From an uncultured bacterium (GTDB lineage Bacteria; Oederibacteriota; Muellerivitia; Muellerivitales; Muellerivitaceae): DNA of 64,000 bases. Under the pieces are notes generated by a model. The model worked only from the letters and a program-made list of their open reading frames with translations, ran no database searches and was not told where the DNA came from. The first letter of the stretch is position 1; every line of letters starts with the position of its first letter. Positions 19,601 to 28,529 of the stretch are shown here, one piece after another. A program made the translations under genes and the position numbers. Where the stretch lies: NCBI GenBank assembly GCA_964529445.1, contig CAZGWJ010000002.1, positions 5,182 to 69,181 on the forward strand, given 5' to 3'.

Positions 19601-19609
19601 GACTGGTGA
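16607..19609 (+). CDS. MrfA/YprA-type DEXH helicase with DUF1998 Zn-finger, fused to a C-terminal DnaQ/RNase H-like (YprB/MrfB-type) exonuclease domain
   Basis: Walker A [11 protein letters not shown], DEAH box [11 protein letters not shown], SAT, helicase-C ([19 protein letters not shown]). DUF1998 four-Cys cluster [25 protein letters not shown]. After a linker: exo motifs [34 protein letters not shown]. Confidence 0.75.
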   Translation: [1000 protein letters not shown]

Positions 19610-19789
19610 TCCCCGGATAAAAAAGTTCCAGGAAGCGGGAAGGAGACGTTCGGCGAACCCGAAAGGGCCAATTTAAGGGCAGAAAAGTCGACTTAATTTA
19701 CACGGCGATATTGGCAGGCTTGGGGTTTGAGCGGTATGATGAAACGGTTGGGAGAAGCGTTTAACCTTGGTGAATAACCGCATTTCAGG

Positions 19790-21028
19790 ATGACGGGGAC
19801 CATGGCGAAGAAGTGCTTCCGGATGGGTGATCTCCACGATCAGCTCTTAGCGCTGAATCGGATCGGCATCGCGCTATCCCGCGAACGAGACATCAACGAC
19901 CTGTTGAACCTCATCCTCTCCGAAAGCCGCAAGTTCACCGGCGCCGAGGCCGGAAGCCTTTATGTGCGGGAAGGCTCTCAGTTGAGGTTCGCCGTTTCGC
20001 AGAACGAGATCCTCGAACGGCGGCAGAAGGCCCTCCAGAAGAAGGAAGCCGTGGCCTTGCCCGAGACCGCGCCCGCGGGAAAGGGAAGCGGCGCCTTCTC
20101 CGGTTTCTACGTCTCCCTCAACAAGTCCTCCCTTTCCGGGTACGTCGGCGTGACCGGTCGCGTCCTCAACATCGCGGATGCCTACAAGATCCCCGCCGCC
20201 CGCGAATACCACTTCAACAAGTCCTTCGACGAAAAGAACAACTACCGCACGAAGAGCATGCTGATCGTGCCCATGAAGGATTCGGCCGACAACGTGGTGG
20301 GTGTCCTCCAGCTCATCAACGCCCGGAAGAACAAGACGGTTGTTCCTTTCGCGAAGAACTTCGAGAACCTGGTCCTTTCCCTCGCCAGCCAGGCCGCCAT
20401 CGCCCTGCGCAACGCCACCCTGACCCAGGAACTGCGCGAGGCCTACCTCGATACCATCTTCCGGCTCTCGATCGCCGCCGAGTACAAGGACACCGACACG
20501 GCCGCGCACATCCACCGCATGAGCCGCTATTCCGCCATCCTGGCGGAAGGACTGGGTCTCTCGACCGCCGAAGTGGAGACCATGCGCTATGCATCGCCCA
20601 TGCACGACATCGGGAAACTCGGCGTGCCGGACGCCATCCTCATGAAGCCCGGGAAGCTGACGCCCCAGGAGTTCAAGGAGATCCAGAAGCACACGCTGTA
20701 CGGGGCCAAGATCCTGGAGAACGCCAAGGCCGACCTCCTTCAGGCCTCCGAGGTCATCGCCCTCACGCACCACGAGAAATGGGACGGAACCGGTTATCCG
20801 AAGAACCTGAAGGGCGAACAGATCCCCCTCACCGGCCGCATCGTGGCCCTGGCGGACGTCTTCGACGCCCTTACCTCGAAGCGCGTGTACAAACCCGCCT
20901 TCTCGCTGGAACAGTCGCTGGACATCATCAAGGAGGGCGCGGGCACCCACTTCGACCCGAAGGTGGTGCAGTCCTTCATGGGCAACCTGGACAAGATCCT
21001 CGCGGTCAAGGCCCAATACAGCGGGTAG
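19790..21028 (+). CDS. GAF-domain HD-GYP phosphodiesterase (putative c-di-GMP hydrolase)
   Basis: N-terminal GAF domain. HD motif HDIGKLGVPD and HHEKWDGTGYP (HD-GYP signature). Confidence 0.8.
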   Translation: MTGTMAKKCFRMGDLHDQLLALNRIGIALSRERDINDLLNLILSESRKFTGAEAGSLYVREGSQLRFAVSQNEILERRQKALQKKEAVALPETAPAGKGSGAFSGFYVSLNKSSLSGYVGVTGRVLNIADAYKIPAAREYHFNKSFDEKNNYRTKSMLIVPMKDSADNVVGVLQLINARKNKTVVPFAKNFENLVLSLASQAAIALRNATLTQELREAYLDTIFRLSIAAEYKDTDTAAHIHRMSRYSAILAEGLGLSTAEVETMRYASPMHDIGKLGVPDAILMKPGKLTPQEFKEIQKHTLYGAKILENAKADLLQASEVIALTHHEKWDGTGYPKNLKGEQIPLTGRIVALADVFDALTSKRVYKPAFSLEQSLDIIKEGAGTHFDPKVVQSFMGNLDKILAVKAQYSG

Positions 21029-21144
21029 GCAGAGGAATTTCACCACGAAGACACGAAGGCACCAAGGAAGACTTGGGTCTCCGAATCATCGTTTCTTTTC
21101 GTCCGCCGATTCTTCGTGACTTCGAGCCTTCGTGGTGAAGTCGT

Positions 21145-23025
21145 TCATTTGAAGACGATCGCCTTCACTTCCAGGACGCCGTTGCCCTGGTTCCCCGGGA
21201 TATAGAAGTCCGCGTTCGATATGGCCTGCAGGTCCAATATATCGTTGCCCTTCTGGTTCCCCCAGACGCCCCGCTTCTGCAATTCCTGAAGGTTGATGCG
21301 GTAGGTCTCCCATTTCCCCGTGCCCACGAGCGCCGGGAATTCCCAGGACTCCCCGTCGGCGCCGAGCTTCGATTCGTACGAGGTCTTTCCGGGTTCCGCA
21401 TTCCCCGATTCACCGATGAAAAAGAAGCACTTCAAATCCTTCGGGAGCCGGGCCCGGATCACCACGGTGTCGCAACCGGCGAGATCGTCGGTTCCCTTCA
21501 CTGAGGGCAGGGTGGCCCCGCAGCCCCAGCCGGTGCCGGTCGAGCAGGCGAGGGAAAGAAGGCCGTTCGCGTGAGCGGGAACGATGTGCCCGCCGCTCCC
21601 CGTGTCGCCCCAGGGATGGACGGTGGAGTTCTCCCGCGGCTCGAAAAAGGCACGCGGAGCGGGCTTTGATCCGTCCGATCTCGTGCGCAAGGAGGGTTCC
21701 TTCGGACCGATGAAGGATACCGGCAAGGGCGAGGCGGCGCGAGCGTGGAGGGAGGATGCTTCCCGGTTCAGCGAGCGGTGCGCCTTCGTGAGGAGTTCGT
21801 ACGGACGGTCGTGGATGTCCACCAGGCCGTAGTTGGAATCCTCCCCGTCGAACCGGCCTTGGGGCGATTCGTCGGCCCAGGAGAACCAGTGAAGACCCAC
21901 GACATAGGGAAGGTCGAGACTTTGGATGGCATAACGGGTGAAATGCTCGGCCCGGTCCTTCTGGGTGGGGACCGTCACGTCGGCGCCCTTCGTGTTGGGG
22001 TCGCCGGACTGGTTCTCCATGGCGCGGAAGGAATATTCGGTGATGAGGATCGGTTTATCCGTACGAACGTGGTAGTTGTCCAATAGTTGCCGATCGATGT
22101 TCGCCGACTTGGCGTAGTGGTTCACGCTCACCACGTCGCACCACTTGCCGCAGGCCTCGACCACCTCCCAGGGATTCTCGCCCGCGAAACGCACACCCAT
22201 CACCAGGTGGTTCGGATCGGCTTCCTTCACCGCCCGGACGCAGACCTCGAAGAACCGGTCGGCGACTTTTCCCGTCCAGGCCAGGGCGTCCGCTCGCTGT
22301 CGGCGGGTCCTCGGCACGAGGGTGATCGGCGCATCGAGGGCCTCGAAGCAGGAGAGGCGCGTTCCCCAAACCGCGTTGAGATCCGCGATCTTCCCCTGGT
22401 ATCTCTCCGCAAAGAAAGCACGAAGGGCCAGCTTGTTCGGGTCGTCGGGCCCCCACAGGGCGTATTTCTCAAGGAGCGTTTTCTGGCCCGGATCCTTCCA
22501 TCCATATTCTCCCCACCAGGGGATTTCGTTGTCTAGGAAGTACCCGATGAGGAGCGCATCGTTCCGAGTCTTTTCGACGGCACGGGCCTTGGCCTTCACG
22601 ACGCTTTCGAATTGTTCGGAGAAAACCGCGTCGAGACGGGTCGCACCCTCGCCCGGCGAGAGATGGAGGATGACGCAGTAGGGCGTCTTTCGCCGGTAGA
22701 GATCGGGATGGCACCAGGCGCCCATCGTGTTGAAGCCCCAGGTGTTAAGTCGTTTCTCGACGCTCCGGAACCATTTTTCCGGATCGCCGCCGTACTGGTT
22801 GGGGATGGGGTTGTAAAAGGTCGGGTTGGGGGCCCGCCAGGCGCCGTCCGAGATGGCGTTGACGCCCATGGAGAGGAAGGGTTTTCCGTCGGGGGAAAAG
22901 AGCCAGGCGCGACCGTCCTTCCAACCCACCTTGAAGAAATCGCTTTTCTCCTGGGCCTGCATTGGTAAGTGAAGAAAAGCCAACAACAGGAGAAGGGGCC
23001 CTGCGAGGATTCGATCGTTTTTCAT
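21145..23025 (-). CDS. secreted clan GH-A (TIM-barrel) glycoside hydrolase with C-terminal beta-sandwich domain
   Basis: Start moved to MKNDRILAGPLLLLLAFLHLPMQAQ (signal peptide). Acid/base LDNEIPWW and nucleophile ILITEYS motifs. The exact family cannot be determined from sequence inspection (GH5/42/50-like). Confidence 0.6.
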   Translation of the reverse strand: MKNDRILAGPLLLLLAFLHLPMQAQEKSDFFKVGWKDGRAWLFSPDGKPFLSMGVNAISDGAWRAPNPTFYNPIPNQYGGDPEKWFRSVEKRLNTWGFNTMGAWCHPDLYRRKTPYCVILHLSPGEGATRLDAVFSEQFESVVKAKARAVEKTRNDALLIGYFLDNEIPWWGEYGWKDPGQKTLLEKYALWGPDDPNKLALRAFFAERYQGKIADLNAVWGTRLSCFEALDAPITLVPRTRRQRADALAWTGKVADRFFEVCVRAVKEADPNHLVMGVRFAGENPWEVVEACGKWCDVVSVNHYAKSANIDRQLLDNYHVRTDKPILITEYSFRAMENQSGDPNTKGADVTVPTQKDRAEHFTRYAIQSLDLPYVVGLHWFSWADESPQGRFDGEDSNYGLVDIHDRPYELLTKAHRSLNREASSLHARAASPLPVSFIGPKEPSLRTRSDGSKPAPRAFFEPRENSTVHPWGDTGSGGHIVPAHANGLLSLACSTGTGWGCGATLPSVKGTDDLAGCDTVVIRARLPKDLKCFFFIGESGNAEPGKTSYESKLGADGESWEFPALVGTGKWETYRINLQELQKRGVWGNQKGNDILDLQAISNADFYIPGNQGNGVLEVKAIVFK

Positions 23026-23151
23026 AGGGATATGATGACATATTTTTCGGCAGGTCGTGGGCGGTAAAGATTTCCGGGCCCTTTTGTTCTCATCCCGGGT
23101 GGTTTTAACTATCATTTCATCGAGTCGAATCTCCCGTTCAGGGGCCCATCC

Positions 23152-24018
23152 ATGCCCTCCTCGAAGCGGTCCAGAGAACCCATTTCCCAGGAGACCGTTC
23201 GCGTCCTCCATCCCGCGGACCTTCCCGGTGTCGAAGCCCTCCATGTCACCCATGCGGACCGTCTCTGGACCGTCTATCACACCATGTACAGTTTCTGTTC
23301 CGTTCTTGATTCGGGCGACGGGCACAGCGAGTGGTCCTGTCGCGGCAGGATCCATCAGGCCTGGACGGGACGCACGATGCTGGTCCAGCCGGGCGATCTT
23401 CACGTCACTCGCAGGATCACGCATCCCGGGAACTTCGAGGTCCTCCAGATCGACGAGACCCGGGTCCGGCGTTCCGCGACCGAAATGGGTTTTCCCTCCG
23501 GAGGAATGAACCTGAAGGCGAACCAGACCGACAGCCCCGTCCTCTTCGAGTCCCTACGGGCCATGCACCGGAGCCTGGCCGGGGAGGCCACAACCCTGGA
23601 GAGGCAATCCCGCCTCGAGTACTGCCTTTCCGTCCTCCTTCTGGAGCACATGGAAAGGACCCCGCTGAGGCCGGGTCCGAGCGAGGCGCTCGCCGTCCGC
23701 AAGGCGCGGGATTACTTGAACGATCGTTGGTCGGAGAATGTCACGCTCGATGAACTGAGCGAAGCATCGGGATTGGGCCGTTTTCATCTTCTTCGTTGCT
23801 TCAAGGAGGAGACCGGTCTGCCGCCCCACGCCTATCAGATGAGGATCCGGGTCGCCAAGGTCCGGGAGTTCCTGCGGGCGGGGATGAGCATATCGGGATC
23901 GGCGGCCCGGGCGGGTTTCGCGGACACGGCCCATTGTTGCAGGCACTTCAAGCGGGTCCTGAACGTTTCGCCTTCCATCTATCGTCGTGGCTCCGATCGC
24001 GGTGTACCGGAAGCCTGA
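23152..24018 (+). CDS. AraC-family transcriptional regulator
   Basis: C-terminal AraC HTH (RFHLLRCFKEETGLPPHAYQMRIRVAKVREFL). Divergent to the GH gene. Confidence 0.85.
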   Translation: MPSSKRSREPISQETVRVLHPADLPGVEALHVTHADRLWTVYHTMYSFCSVLDSGDGHSEWSCRGRIHQAWTGRTMLVQPGDLHVTRRITHPGNFEVLQIDETRVRRSATEMGFPSGGMNLKANQTDSPVLFESLRAMHRSLAGEATTLERQSRLEYCLSVLLLEHMERTPLRPGPSEALAVRKARDYLNDRWSENVTLDELSEASGLGRFHLLRCFKEETGLPPHAYQMRIRVAKVREFLRAGMSISGSAARAGFADTAHCCRHFKRVLNVSPSIYRRGSDRGVPEA

Positions 24019-24135
24019 TCGACGTCTCCGGGGGCTTGTTCAGCAGGGGGGGAGATCGCCCGATCCCCCTTTTTTTGTTCATCAGGAAACCTTCTTCTAT
24101 AATGACAGCCTGAACTTTACGAAAGGAACCCAGCC

Positions 24136-25086
24136 TTGAGCCTTCTCGTCACCGGAACTTGCGGTTTCATCGGAAGCCGACTCGCCAAGACACTCTGGCT
24201 GAACGGACGCAAGGACCTTGTGCTTTCCGATTCCGCGGAGCATCGGTCCCGCGCCTGTTTTTCCGGGCTGGAGGGGATCCCCTTCATCGACCGCGAAGGA
24301 CTGCCCGACAAGTTCGATACGCTCACGAACGTGGAAGGTGTCATCCACCTGGGCGCCTGCACCGACACGGGTCAGACCGACGTTCCCTATATGGAGAAGT
24401 GGAACACGGGATACGCGAGGAAGGTCTGGAGCTGGTGCGCGAAGCGGGGCATCCCCCTGGTCTACGCCTCTTCCGCCGCCACCTATGGACGGGGAGAGAA
24501 CGGATATTCCGACGACCACTCGCGTGTGAAGGACCTGAAGCCCCTGAACCTCTACGGCCGCAGCAAGCATGATTTCGACGTCTGGGCCCTCTCGCAGGAC
24601 ACCCGGCCCAGCGGTTGGTGGGGATTGAAGTTCTTCAACGTGTACGGCCCCGGCGAGGGCCACAAGGGCCGCATGGCCTCCTCGATCTTCCACGGCTACC
24701 ACGAGATCGTGAAGACCGGCAAGATGACGCTCTTCAAGTCGCACAAGGAAGGCATCGCCGACGGTCAGCAGAAGCGGGATTTCGTCTTCGTGGACGACAT
24801 CGTGGCGATGTGTCTCTTCTGCCTGGGAAGAAAACCCATGAACGGCATCTACAACGCGGGATCGGGGACCGCCCGTCCCTTCCTCGACCTGTCGCATGCG
24901 GTCTTCGCGGCGATGGGGAGGAAGCCCGACATCACCTGGGTGGACACGCCCGAGAAGTACCGCGAGGGTTACCAGTATTTCACGCAGGCCGAGATGGGTA
25001 AGATGAGAGGGGCGGGGTTTACGGAGCCGGCGACGAGCCTTGAGGACGGGGTTCGAATGTATGTGGAGTTCCTTGCCAGCAGTTAA
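24136..25086 (+). CDS. hldD: NAD-dependent epimerase; likely ADP-L-glycero-D-manno-heptose-6-epimerase
   Basis: TTG start after AAAGGAA. Rossmann motif TGTCGFIGS. YASSAATYG and YGRSK motifs typical of HldD/RfaD. Confidence 0.65.
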   Translation: MSLLVTGTCGFIGSRLAKTLWLNGRKDLVLSDSAEHRSRACFSGLEGIPFIDREGLPDKFDTLTNVEGVIHLGACTDTGQTDVPYMEKWNTGYARKVWSWCAKRGIPLVYASSAATYGRGENGYSDDHSRVKDLKPLNLYGRSKHDFDVWALSQDTRPSGWWGLKFFNVYGPGEGHKGRMASSIFHGYHEIVKTGKMTLFKSHKEGIADGQQKRDFVFVDDIVAMCLFCLGRKPMNGIYNAGSGTARPFLDLSHAVFAAMGRKPDITWVDTPEKYREGYQYFTQAEMGKMRGAGFTEPATSLEDGVRMYVEFLASS

Positions 25087-25640
25087 GTGTGAAAAGTTTG
25101 AAAAGTGCGAAAAGTATGAAATGGACACATGGGCAATATCGTGGATAACCCAAAGGAAACCGGACATAAAGCCGCCAAAACGTTCGAAGAACTGCACATC
25201 TATCAAGAAGCGCGGATACTGACCAACAGTATTTACGCTGAGACTCGCAAGCGCCCCTTCTCGGGTGATTGGGGTTTGTGTGACCAAATACGAAGAGCGT
25301 GTATTTCGATCATGTCCAATATTGCAGAAGGCTACGAAAGAGGATCCACTACGGAATTTATCCAGTTCCTATATATCGCCAAAGGATCCTGTGGTGAAGT
25401 ACGGGCACAATTGTGCATCGCCCGCGATCAGGGATATCTGAAGGCGGAAGAGTATGACCGACTCAAGAGACTGGCTTCCAAGATCGGAGGGATGACCTCC
25501 AACTTCATCAACCATCTTCAGGGAACGCGATACAAAGGCGAAAAATATGCCCGACCCAAAAGGATGATCGCGAATGGGTGATTTTCATTTACTTTTCAAA
25601 CTTTTCACACGTTTCAAACTTTTCAAACCCTGAAGCGAAT
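25085..25640. mobile_element. low-GC intervening-sequence-like cassette bounded by terminal inverted repeats (about 20-35 bp)
   Basis: Left end GTGTGAAAAGTTTGAAAAGTGCGAAAAGTATGAAA. The right end is its reverse complement: TTTCA..ACTTTTCAAACTTTTCACAC. GC drops inside. Sole cargo is a four-helix-bundle protein gene. Confidence 0.55.
25129..25581 (+). CDS. four-helix-bundle protein (TIGR02436; '23S rRNA intervening sequence protein' family)
   Basis: 150 aa. ELHIYQEARILTNSIYAET..ISIMSNIAEGYERGSTTEFIQFLYIAKGSCGEVRAQLCIARDQGYL is diagnostic of this family. Confidence 0.8.
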   Translation: MGNIVDNPKETGHKAAKTFEELHIYQEARILTNSIYAETRKRPFSGDWGLCDQIRRACISIMSNIAEGYERGSTTEFIQFLYIAKGSCGEVRAQLCIARDQGYLKAEEYDRLKRLASKIGGMTSNFINHLQGTRYKGEKYARPKRMIANG

Positions 25641-25679
25641 GACCTATGATAAGAGACCGGAAACTCCTGGAGGGTTGAG

Positions 25680-26582
25680 ATGACCACAAAGATGGTAATG
25701 GAGACGAACATCCCCGGGGCGCCGGCCCCGAAGCGCGGCAAGGTGCGCGACATCTACGACCTGGGCGACCGCATCCTCCTGGTCGTGACCGACCGCATCT
25801 CGGCCTTCGACGTCATCATGCCCAACGGCGTTCCCGACAAGGGCGTCGTGCTGAACCAGATCTCCCTCTACTGGTTCGACCAGGTGAAGGACCTCATCCC
25901 GAACCACATCCTTTCGACCGACATCGACACCCTGCCCGAGCCCTTCCGCGGGGCCCGCGACCAGCTGGAACACCGGTCGATGATCGTGAAGAAAGCCAAG
26001 CCGCTCGCCGCCGAATGCATCGTGCGCGGGTATCTCTCGGGTTCCGGGTGGAACGAGTACAAGGAGAAGGGCACGGTTTGCGGCATCCGACCCCCGGCCG
26101 GCCTCACGGAATCGGCGAAACTGCCCGAACCCATCTTCACGCCCTCCACCAAGGCCGAGGAAGGCCATGACCTCAACATCGATTTCGAGGAGATGAAGAA
26201 GGTGCTGGGGGACGCGAAGCTGGCCGAAAAGGTGCGGGAGGCCTCCCTTTCCATCTACAAGCGGGGGCGGGACCTGGCGGAGCAGAAGGGCATCATCATC
26301 GCCGACACCAAGTTCGAGTTCGGGATCTTCGAGGGGAACCTCATCCTCATCGACGAGGTCATGACGCCCGATTCCTCGCGGTTCTGGCCCAAGGCCGACT
26401 ATGCCCCCGGTCGCGGCCAGAAGAGCTTCGACAAGCAGTTCCTGCGCGATTACCTGCTGACCTTGAAGGATTGGAACAAGACCCCGCCGGGGCCGGTCCT
26501 CCCGGACGAGATCGTGAAGAAGACGAGGGACAAGTACGTGGAGGCCTACGAGAAGCTGACGGGGAGGAAGTTCGATTTCTAG
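25680..26582 (+). CDS. purC: phosphoribosylaminoimidazole-succinocarboxamide synthase (SAICAR synthetase)
   Basis: 300 aa. [25 protein letters not shown] and [15 protein letters not shown] are PurC signatures. Confidence 0.92.
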   Translation: MTTKMVMETNIPGAPAPKRGKVRDIYDLGDRILLVVTDRISAFDVIMPNGVPDKGVVLNQISLYWFDQVKDLIPNHILSTDIDTLPEPFRGARDQLEHRSMIVKKAKPLAAECIVRGYLSGSGWNEYKEKGTVCGIRPPAGLTESAKLPEPIFTPSTKAEEGHDLNIDFEEMKKVLGDAKLAEKVREASLSIYKRGRDLAEQKGIIIADTKFEFGIFEGNLILIDEVMTPDSSRFWPKADYAPGRGQKSFDKQFLRDYLLTLKDWNKTPPGPVLPDEIVKKTRDKYVEAYEKLTGRKFDF

Positions 26583-26879
26583 ATGAACGCAAGTCGGGAA
26601 TTACGGAGGGATCGAATGAAAGCAGCGATCGTGATGGTGGCATTGGTGGTAGCGGCCTGGATCTTCCTCGTTCAGCCCAACCTTCAAACCGAGGTGTGCC
26701 CGGCTTGCCTGGGGAAAAGCGCCGAGCGGGCCACGGCGGCGAAAACGCAATTGTTGAGCGGTCCCTCCGAACCTCCTCCTTCCTGTTCCGTCTGCGGCAA
26801 CACGGGGAAGGTTTCCCCCAAGCAGAAGGAAGAGTGGTTGAAGCTTCAGTCCGTCACAACGCCCGTCCCCAATCAATAA
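26583..26879 (+). CDS. small membrane-anchored protein with CxxC...CxxC zinc-ribbon
   Basis: TM helix AAIVMVALVVAAWIFLV followed by CPAC..CSVC. No recognisable family. Confidence 0.35.
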   Translation: MNASRELRRDRMKAAIVMVALVVAAWIFLVQPNLQTEVCPACLGKSAERATAAKTQLLSGPSEPPPSCSVCGNTGKVSPKQKEEWLKLQSVTTPVPNQ

Positions 26880-27011
26880 TCCAACCTTTGCATCCGGGAT
26901 GCCTTTCTAAATGGCATGGGAACGCTTTCATGACACCCCGAAGGCGTTCAGGCGTCTATATCAACGGAATTCCGGATCCAATCCGCGTTTATTCCACCAT
27001 CCCCTGATATA

Positions 27012-28466
27012 TTGGAAACCATGAGAACACGTACGACTTTTCTTCTCCTGATCCTCTCCATTCTTCCCGGGATCCTTCAAGCGGCGCCTTTGGCCCTTCG
27101 CGTGGTCGGCAACAAGGTCTACGATTCCAACGACTGCCTGATCCGCTTGAAGGGTGTCAACATCCCCTCGATGGAATGGCGGGACACCGGGGAAGGACCT
27201 GCGGGCAGCGGGGTTTATCCCATCACCGTGACCGTGAACGAGGTCCTGACGAATTGGGGGACCAACATCGTCCGCCTGCCCATGAGCCAGGATTTCTGGT
27301 TCGGCTACACCAACTCGAAGGACGGTTCGGTCAACATGAACACGTACCGCGGGATCGTGGATTCCATCGTGAACATGTGCTCCGCCGCAAACGCCTACGT
27401 CCTTTTGGACCTTCATTGGTCGGGGACGGGATCCTGGGGCACTGCGACCGACATCTGGGGCATGCCCGACAACAACGCGGTCACGTTCTGGACCGATGTG
27501 GCGACGCGCTACGCCAACAACCCCGCCGTCCTTTTCGATCTCTACAACGAACCGCACGGAACGTCCTGGAACATCTGGAGGGACGGGGGCACTTTCGGTT
27601 CCTTCAATACGCCCGGAATGCAGGCTCTCCTGAACGCCGTTCGCGCAACCGGAGCGATGAACGCCGTGGTGGTGGGGGGGCTCGATTGGGCCTATGACCT
27701 GCGGGGGATCGTGCCCGGTTATGCGGGACGAACCAACGGCTGGGCGCTCACCGAAAGCGGCGGCAACGGCCTCATTTACGCCACCCATATCTATCCCTGG
27801 AAGGCAACGCCCTGGGACAACTACATCACCGTCCTCAAGAGCTACCACCCCATCCTGGTGGGGGAAGTGGGACAGGAAAGGGATGGCCTGCGACAGTTCA
27901 CCGGAGGGATCGTGTCCGTCCTGAATTGGATGGATTTGCACCAGTACCATTGGACCGGGTGGAGCATGCACACGGGCGCCAGCCCTTGCATGATCTCGGA
28001 CTGGACCTTCTCTCCGACCACCTATGAGGGCGTCGACATGAAAGCGCGCCTGCTCGCCACCTCGTCGGGCCAGGGATGCGCCACCCCCACTCCCACCGCG
28101 ACGCCCACGAGCACTCCCACGCCCTGCTACGTGGCCTCCGCGGTCCCCTGCTCTCCCACCCCGACCTGGACACCGACCCCCGGTAACGGCGTGGAGGATA
28201 TCGTCCTTTACCCCAATCCGGTCCAAGAGGGCGAGACGGTGATGTTCTGGGTGAACTTCCCCAAGCCCGCGGCGGAATTAACCGTGCGCTTCTACACGCC
28301 ATCCTCCCGCCTTGTGGCCACGAAGCGCCTGACCCAGGTCGCTTCGGGCGGATATACCTTGACGCTCCGCGACGACAAGGAACGGCTTCTGGCCAACGGG
28401 GTCTATTACCTGAAGTTCTCCACCACCACGAAGGAACGGGTCTGCAAACTGCTGGTATTGCGGTAG
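27012..28466 (+). CDS. secreted GH5 endoglucanase-like hydrolase with PT-linker and T9SS C-terminal sorting domain
   Basis: Signal peptide. GH5 motifs (LYNEPHG acid/base). TPTPTATPTSTPTP linker. C-terminal about 90 aa beginning YPNPV and ending basic and hydrophobic (T9SS CTD type A). Confidence 0.75.
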   Translation: METMRTRTTFLLLILSILPGILQAAPLALRVVGNKVYDSNDCLIRLKGVNIPSMEWRDTGEGPAGSGVYPITVTVNEVLTNWGTNIVRLPMSQDFWFGYTNSKDGSVNMNTYRGIVDSIVNMCSAANAYVLLDLHWSGTGSWGTATDIWGMPDNNAVTFWTDVATRYANNPAVLFDLYNEPHGTSWNIWRDGGTFGSFNTPGMQALLNAVRATGAMNAVVVGGLDWAYDLRGIVPGYAGRTNGWALTESGGNGLIYATHIYPWKATPWDNYITVLKSYHPILVGEVGQERDGLRQFTGGIVSVLNWMDLHQYHWTGWSMHTGASPCMISDWTFSPTTYEGVDMKARLLATSSGQGCATPTPTATPTSTPTPCYVASAVPCSPTPTWTPTPGNGVEDIVLYPNPVQEGETVMFWVNFPKPAAELTVRFYTPSSRLVATKRLTQVASGGYTLTLRDDKERLLANGVYYLKFSTTTKERVCKLLVLR

Positions 28467-28529
28467 TATAAATCCGATCCACCCTTACCCCGACCCTCTC
28501 CCATCAAGGGAGAGGGGGAGACGCATGAA

